The notes under the pieces were generated by a model. That model had not been told where the DNA came from. It saw only the letters and a list, made by a program, of their open reading frames with translations, and ran no database searches. Of a stretch of DNA of 42,921 nt, positions 38,544-42,921 are shown one piece after another. Numbering within the stretch: position 1 is the first letter of the stretch; each line of letters begins with the position of its first letter. Made by a program: the position numbers and the translations under genes. This stretch comes from Rhodobacterales bacterium CG2_30_65_12 (GTDB lineage: Bacteria > Pseudomonadota > Alphaproteobacteria > Rhodobacterales > Rhodobacteraceae): the NCBI GenBank assembly GCA_001873585.1, contig MNZL01000176.1:1-42921 (forward strand). Direction: 5' to 3'.

Positions 38544-39656
38544 ATGAGCGATCTGGGCCGCACGGTTTTGTATGACCTCCACCTTGAGCTGGGGGCAAAG
38601 ATGGTGCCCTTCGCGGGCTATGAAATGCCGGTGCAATACCCGCCCGGCGTGATGAAGGAACACCTCCACACCCGCGCCGCCGCCGGGCTGTTTGACGTCA
38701 GCCACATGGGCCAGGTGATCTTGCGCGGGCCAAACGTGGCGCAGGCACTGGAAACGCTGGTGCCGGTCGATGTGGTCGGGCTTGGCGCTGGCCGCCAGCG
38801 TTACGGCTTTTTCACCACCGAAGATGGCGGGATCATCGACGATCTGATGATCACCAACCGCGGCGATCACCTTTTTCTCGTGGTCAACGCCGCGCGCAAG
38901 GCGGTGGACCTCGACCATTTGCAAAACAATCTGCCCGGCATCAAGATCCAGGAGATCACCGGCCGGGCGCTGATCGCGCTGCAAGGGCCGAAGGCGGAAG
39001 ACGCGATCGCCGCGCTCAACCCCGCCGCGCGCGCGATGCGCTTCATGGATGTGGCGGATCTTGATCTGGCCGGGGCCACCTGCTGGGTCAGCCGTTCCGG
39101 CTACACCGGCGAAGACGGGTTCGAGATCTCGGTGCCAAACACCATGGCTCCCCGCCTCACCCGTGCGCTGCTGGAAAACCCGGACGTTGCCCCGATCGGC
39201 CTCGGCGCGCGCGATTCGCTGCGGCTCGAAGCCGGGCTTTGCCTTTACGGCTCGGATATCGACGAGACCACCTCACCGGTGGAAGCCGGTCTGACCTGGG
39301 CGATCCAGAAAGCCCGGCGCAACGGTGGCGCGCGTGAAGGCGGCTTTCCCGGAGCCGGCCGCATCCTTGACGAGCTGACAAACGGCCCCGCGCGCGAGCG
39401 GGTGGGCCTGCTTCCCGACGGCCGCGCGCCGATGCGCGCCCACGTGCCGCTCTTTGCTGCCGAGGTTGGCGGCGAAGCCGTGGGCGAGATCACCTCCGGC
39501 GCCTTCGGCCCGACGATCGAAAAACCGATGTCGATGGGCTACCTGCCCGCCGCACTCGCCGGTCCCGGCACGCGCGTCTATGGCGAGGTGCGCGGCAAGC
39601 GCCTGCCCGCCACGGTCACACCGCTGCCATTCCACAAGCAATCGTACAAACGTTGA
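38544..39656 (+). CDS. gcvT: glycine cleavage system aminomethyltransferase T
   Basis: MVPFAGYEMPVQY, LFDVSHMG, SRSGYTGEDGFE, GLGARDSLRLEAG. Confidence 0.97.
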   Translation: MSDLGRTVLYDLHLELGAKMVPFAGYEMPVQYPPGVMKEHLHTRAAAGLFDVSHMGQVILRGPNVAQALETLVPVDVVGLGAGRQRYGFFTTEDGGIIDDLMITNRGDHLFLVVNAARKAVDLDHLQNNLPGIKIQEITGRALIALQGPKAEDAIAALNPAARAMRFMDVADLDLAGATCWVSRSGYTGEDGFEISVPNTMAPRLTRALLENPDVAPIGLGARDSLRLEAGLCLYGSDIDETTSPVEAGLTWAIQKARRNGGAREGGFPGAGRILDELTNGPARERVGLLPDGRAPMRAHVPLFAAEVGGEAVGEITSGAFGPTIEKPMSMGYLPAALAGPGTRVYGEVRGKRLPATVTPLPFHKQSYKR

Positions 39657-39677
39657 GACCCAACAGGAGACCCGTCG

Positions 39678-40037
39678 ATGAAATACACCGAAGAACATGA
39701 ATGGCTCGACGATCAGGCCGGCATCGTCACCGTCGGCATCACCACCCACGCCGCCGAGCAGCTTGGCGATATCGTCTTCGTCGAACTGCCCGATGTCGGG
39801 GCGCAGGTGTCGAAAGATGATGAGGTGGTCGTGATCGAAAGCGTCAAGGCGGCGTCGGACATCCTCGCCCCGCTGGACGGCGAGATCGTCGAGGTCAACG
39901 CGGCCATCGTCGAAGACCCCGCCAAGGTCAACGAAGACCCCGAAGGCAAGGCGTGGTTCTTCAAGATCAAGCCCGCCGACGCCAGCCAGATGGATGAGTT
40001 CATGGACGCCGCCGCTTACAAGGCATTCATCGGCTGA
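39678..40037 (+). CDS. gcvH: glycine cleavage system H protein
   Basis: [25 protein letters not shown] (lipoyl Lys). Confidence 0.97.
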   Translation: MKYTEEHEWLDDQAGIVTVGITTHAAEQLGDIVFVELPDVGAQVSKDDEVVVIESVKAASDILAPLDGEIVEVNAAIVEDPAKVNEDPEGKAWFFKIKPADASQMDEFMDAAAYKAFIG

Positions 40038-40043
40038 CACCAA

Positions 40044-40089
40044 GCCCGGAAATCGTACGATTTCCGGGCAAATTTCCGTACGGAAATTT
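40044..40089. repeat. two adjacent perfect palindromes
   Basis: GCCCGGAAATCGTACGATTTCCGGGC (26 bp) immediately followed by AAATTTCCGTACGGAAATTT (20 bp). Confidence 0.88.
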
Positions 40090-40110
40090 CGCCCCACCCC
40101 GGAGATTCCC

Positions 40111-42921
40111 ATGCCTTTCACGCCCACCGACTATCGGCCTTACGATTTTGCCAACCGCCGCCACATCGGCCCCAGCCCGGCCGAAATGGAAAAGATGTTT
40201 GCCACCCTGGGCATCGACGGGCTCGACACGCTGATCGACCAGACCGTGCCCGCCTCGATCCGCCAGGCGGAACCGCTCGATTTCGGCAAGCCCTGCTCCG
40301 AGCGCGAGATGCTGCACAAGATGCGGCTCACGGCGGCGAAAAACACCGTGCTCAATTCGCTGCTCGGCCAAGGCTACCACGGCACCGTCACGCCGCCGGT
40401 GATCCAGCGCAACATTCTTGAAAACCCGGCGTGGTATACCGCCTACACGCCCTACCAGCCCGAGATCAGCCAGGGCCGGCTGGAAGCGCTGCTCAATTTC
40501 CAGACGATGATCGCCGATCTGACCGGGCTGGAGGTAGCGGGGGCTTCGCTGCTCGACGAGGCCACCGCCTGCGCCGAGGCGATGACGATGGCCCGGCGCG
40601 TGGCAAAATCGAAGGCCAAGGCCTTCTTTGTCGACGCTGCCGCGCATCCGCAAAACATTGCCGTGATCCGCACCCGGGCCGAGCCGCTCGGGATCGAGGT
40701 GATTGTTGGCGAGGTCGACGCACTGGAGCCAAACAAGGTCTTCGCCGCGTTGTTGCAATATCCTGGCACCAATGGCGAGATCCGCGATTTTACCGATCAG
40801 ATCGCGGCGCTGCACGCGGCCAAGGCCATTGGCATCATATCCGCCGATCCGATGATGCTCACGCTGCTGAAAGAGCCGGGCGCGATGGGGGCCGATATCG
40901 CCGTGGGCAGCACCCAGCGCTTTGGCGTGCCGATGGGCTACGGCGGGCCACACGCCGCCTATCTCGCCTGCCACGAGAGCCACAAGCGGGCGATGCCGGG
41001 CCGGCTTGTCGGCGTGAGCATCGACGCGCGCGGCAATCGCGCCTACCGCCTCGCGTTGCAAACCCGCGAGCAGCACATCCGCCGCGAAAAGGCCACCTCC
41101 AACGTCTGCACCGCGCAAGCGCTGCTGGCCGTCATGGCAAGTTTCTACGCGGTGTTTCACGGCCCCGAAGGGCTCAAGGCCATCGCCCAGCGCATCCACC
41201 GCAAAACCGCGCGGCTGGCGCGCAAACTCGAGGAAGCGGGCTACGAGATCGGCCCCGATCAATTTTTTGATACGATCACCGTCGAGGTCGGGCATCTGCA
41301 AAAGGGCATCATCCTCGCCGCTCTGAAAGAGGGCGTGAACCTGCGCCCGGTTGGCAAGACGCGGATCGGCATCACGCTTGATGAAGCCACCCGCTCGCCC
41401 ACCATCGAGGCGGTCTGGCGCGCCTTCGGGGTGATCGCGGACGACAAGGATTTTGCGCCCGATTACCACCGGCTGCCCGAAGGCATGGCGCGCAAGAGTG
41501 CTTATCTCACCCATCCGGTATTTCACATGAACCGGGCCGAAACGGAGATGATGCGCTACATGCGCAAGCTCGCCGACCGCGACCTTGCGCTTGATCGCGC
41601 GATGATCCCGCTCGGCTCCTGCACGATGAAGCTCAACGCCGCCGCAGAAATGATCCCGATGAGCTGGCGCGAGTTTGCCATGCTGCACCCGCTCTGTCCG
41701 CCCGACCAGGCCGCCGGGTATCATGCCGTGATCGACGATCTCAAGGCCAAGCTCTGCGCCATCACCGGCTATGACGCGATGAGCATGCAGCCCAATTCCG
41801 GCGCGCAGGGCGAATACGCCGGGCTGATGACCATCCGCGCCTGGCACAAGGCCAATGGCGAGGAGCAGCGCAAGATTTGCCTGATCCCGATGAGCGCGCA
41901 TGGCACCAATCCAGCCTCGTCGCATATGGCGGGGATGGAGGTGGTGGTGGTGCGCACCGCCGCGAACGGCGATATCGACGTGGAGGATTTCCGCGCCAAG
42001 GCCGAGGAGGCGGGCGACAGGCTCGCGGCCTGCATGATCACCTACCCCTCGACCCATGGCGTATTTGAGGAAACCGTGCGCGAGCTTTGCGCCATCACCC
42101 ACGCGCACGGCGGCCAGGTCTATATCGACGGCGCCAACCTCAATGCGCTGGTGGGGTTGGTCAAGCTCGGCGAGATCGGCGGTGACGTAAGCCATTTGAA
42201 CCTGCACAAGACCTTCGCCATCCCCCACGGCGGCGGCGGCCCCGGCATGGGCCCGATCGGAGTGAAGGCGCACCTTGCGCCGCACCTGCCCGCCGATCCC
42301 TACCTGGGCGAGGCCGGCGCGGTGAGCGCCGCGCCCTATGGCTCGGCCTCGATCCTGCCGATCTCCTGGGCCTATATCCTGATGATGGGCGGCGCCGGGC
42401 TGACCCAGGCCAGCCGGGTGGCGATCCTCAATGCCAACTACATTGCCAAGCGCCTCGAAGGGGCCTTTGACGTGCTTTACAAGGGGCCGACGGGGCGCGT
42501 GGCGCATGAGTGCATCATTGACGTGCGGCCCTACGAGGAAAGCGCCGGGGTGACGGTGGACGATATCGCCAAGCGGCTGATGGATGCCGGCTTTCATGCG
42601 CCGACGATGAGCTGGCCGGTGGCGGGCACGCTGATGATCGAGCCCACCGAAAGCGAGACCAAGGCCGAGCTCGACAGATTCTGCGATGCGATGCTGGCGA
42701 TCCGCGAAGAAATCCGCGCAATCGAGACCGGCGCGATGGACCGCGAGAACAATCCGCTCAAGAACGCGCCGCATACCACCGAAGATCTCGTCGGTGCCTG
42801 GGAGCGGCCCTACAGCCGCGAGGCGGGGTGCTTTCCGGCCGGCTCGTTCCGGGTCGACAAATACTGGCCGCCGGTCAACCGGGTCGACAACGTCTGGGGC
42901 GACCGCAACCTGATGTGTGTC
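40111..42921 (+). CDS. gcvP: glycine dehydrogenase (aminomethyl-transferring), P protein; 3' end runs off window
   Basis: Manual translation [22 protein letters not shown]...[18 protein letters not shown]...[18 protein letters not shown]...PLGSCTMK...[15 protein letters not shown]; GGAG RBS. Confidence 0.97.
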   Translation, partial: MPFTPTDYRPYDFANRRHIGPSPAEMEKMFATLGIDGLDTLIDQTVPASIRQAEPLDFGKPCSEREMLHKMRLTAAKNTVLNSLLGQGYHGTVTPPVIQRNILENPAWYTAYTPYQPEISQGRLEALLNFQTMIADLTGLEVAGASLLDEATACAEAMTMARRVAKSKAKAFFVDAAAHPQNIAVIRTRAEPLGIEVIVGEVDALEPNKVFAALLQYPGTNGEIRDFTDQIAALHAAKAIGIISADPMMLTLLKEPGAMGADIAVGSTQRFGVPMGYGGPHAAYLACHESHKRAMPGRLVGVSIDARGNRAYRLALQTREQHIRREKATSNVCTAQALLAVMASFYAVFHGPEGLKAIAQRIHRKTARLARKLEEAGYEIGPDQFFDTITVEVGHLQKGIILAALKEGVNLRPVGKTRIGITLDEATRSPTIEAVWRAFGVIADDKDFAPDYHRLPEGMARKSAYLTHPVFHMNRAETEMMRYMRKLADRDLALDRAMIPLGSCTMKLNAAAEMIPMSWREFAMLHPLCPPDQAAGYHAVIDDLKAKLCAITGYDAMSMQPNSGAQGEYAGLMTIRAWHKANGEEQRKICLIPMSAHGTNPASSHMAGMEVVVVRTAANGDIDVEDFRAKAEEAGDRLAACMITYPSTHGVFEETVRELCAITHAHGGQVYIDGANLNALVGLVKLGEIGGDVSHLNLHKTFAIPHGGGGPGMGPIGVKAHLAPHLPADPYLGEAGAVSAAPYGSASILPISWAYILMMGGAGLTQASRVAILNANYIAKRLEGAFDVLYKGPTGRVAHECIIDVRPYEESAGVTVDDIAKRLMDAGFHAPTMSWPVAGTLMIEPTESETKAELDRFCDAMLAIREEIRAIETGAMDRENNPLKNAPHTTEDLVGAWERPYSREAGCFPAGSFRVDKYWPPVNRVDNVWGDRNLMCV

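Noticed and set aside
40027-42774. 915-aa ORF on the - strand
   Set aside because: Antisense shadow of gcvP, which is missing from the track only because it has no stop in the window

Overview
GC-rich alphaproteobacterial chromosome segment; gene content and protein sequences point to Rhodobacteraceae (inference). It is mostly core genome: pcaD (partial), an MFS transporter, rplY-pth-DUF2332-CDGSH-DUF2237-malQ, rpsA-ihfB-lapA-trpF-(small ORF)-trpB, a Hint-domain protein, an LpxR-family protein, class II nrdJ, the mreBCD-mrdA-rodA-ghrA cell-shape operon, leuA, SDR plus FeS-type cryptochrome/photolyase, a MORN-repeat protein, nadE, a zincin, gltX, and a tandem glycine riboswitch before gcvTHP (gcvP partial). 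I see no tRNA, rRNA, transposase, integrase, prophage or CRISPR array. Two accessory-looking modules are the best candidates for something uncharacterised: (i) a membrane-anchored LuxR-type regulator downstream of two secreted small proteins with Asp/His-rich repeat tails (7059-9024); (ii) a cysteine-free, His-rich TetR next to a type I sulfide:quinone oxidoreductase (30600-32880). Non-coding signals read directly from the sequence include a Leu-rich leuA leader peptide below the ORF-track size range, two identical CtrA-like boxes, a sigmaE-like promoter, an NrdR-like box, REP-like tandem hairpins and a double perfect palindrome. All family assignments come from motif recognition by eye; no database search was run.
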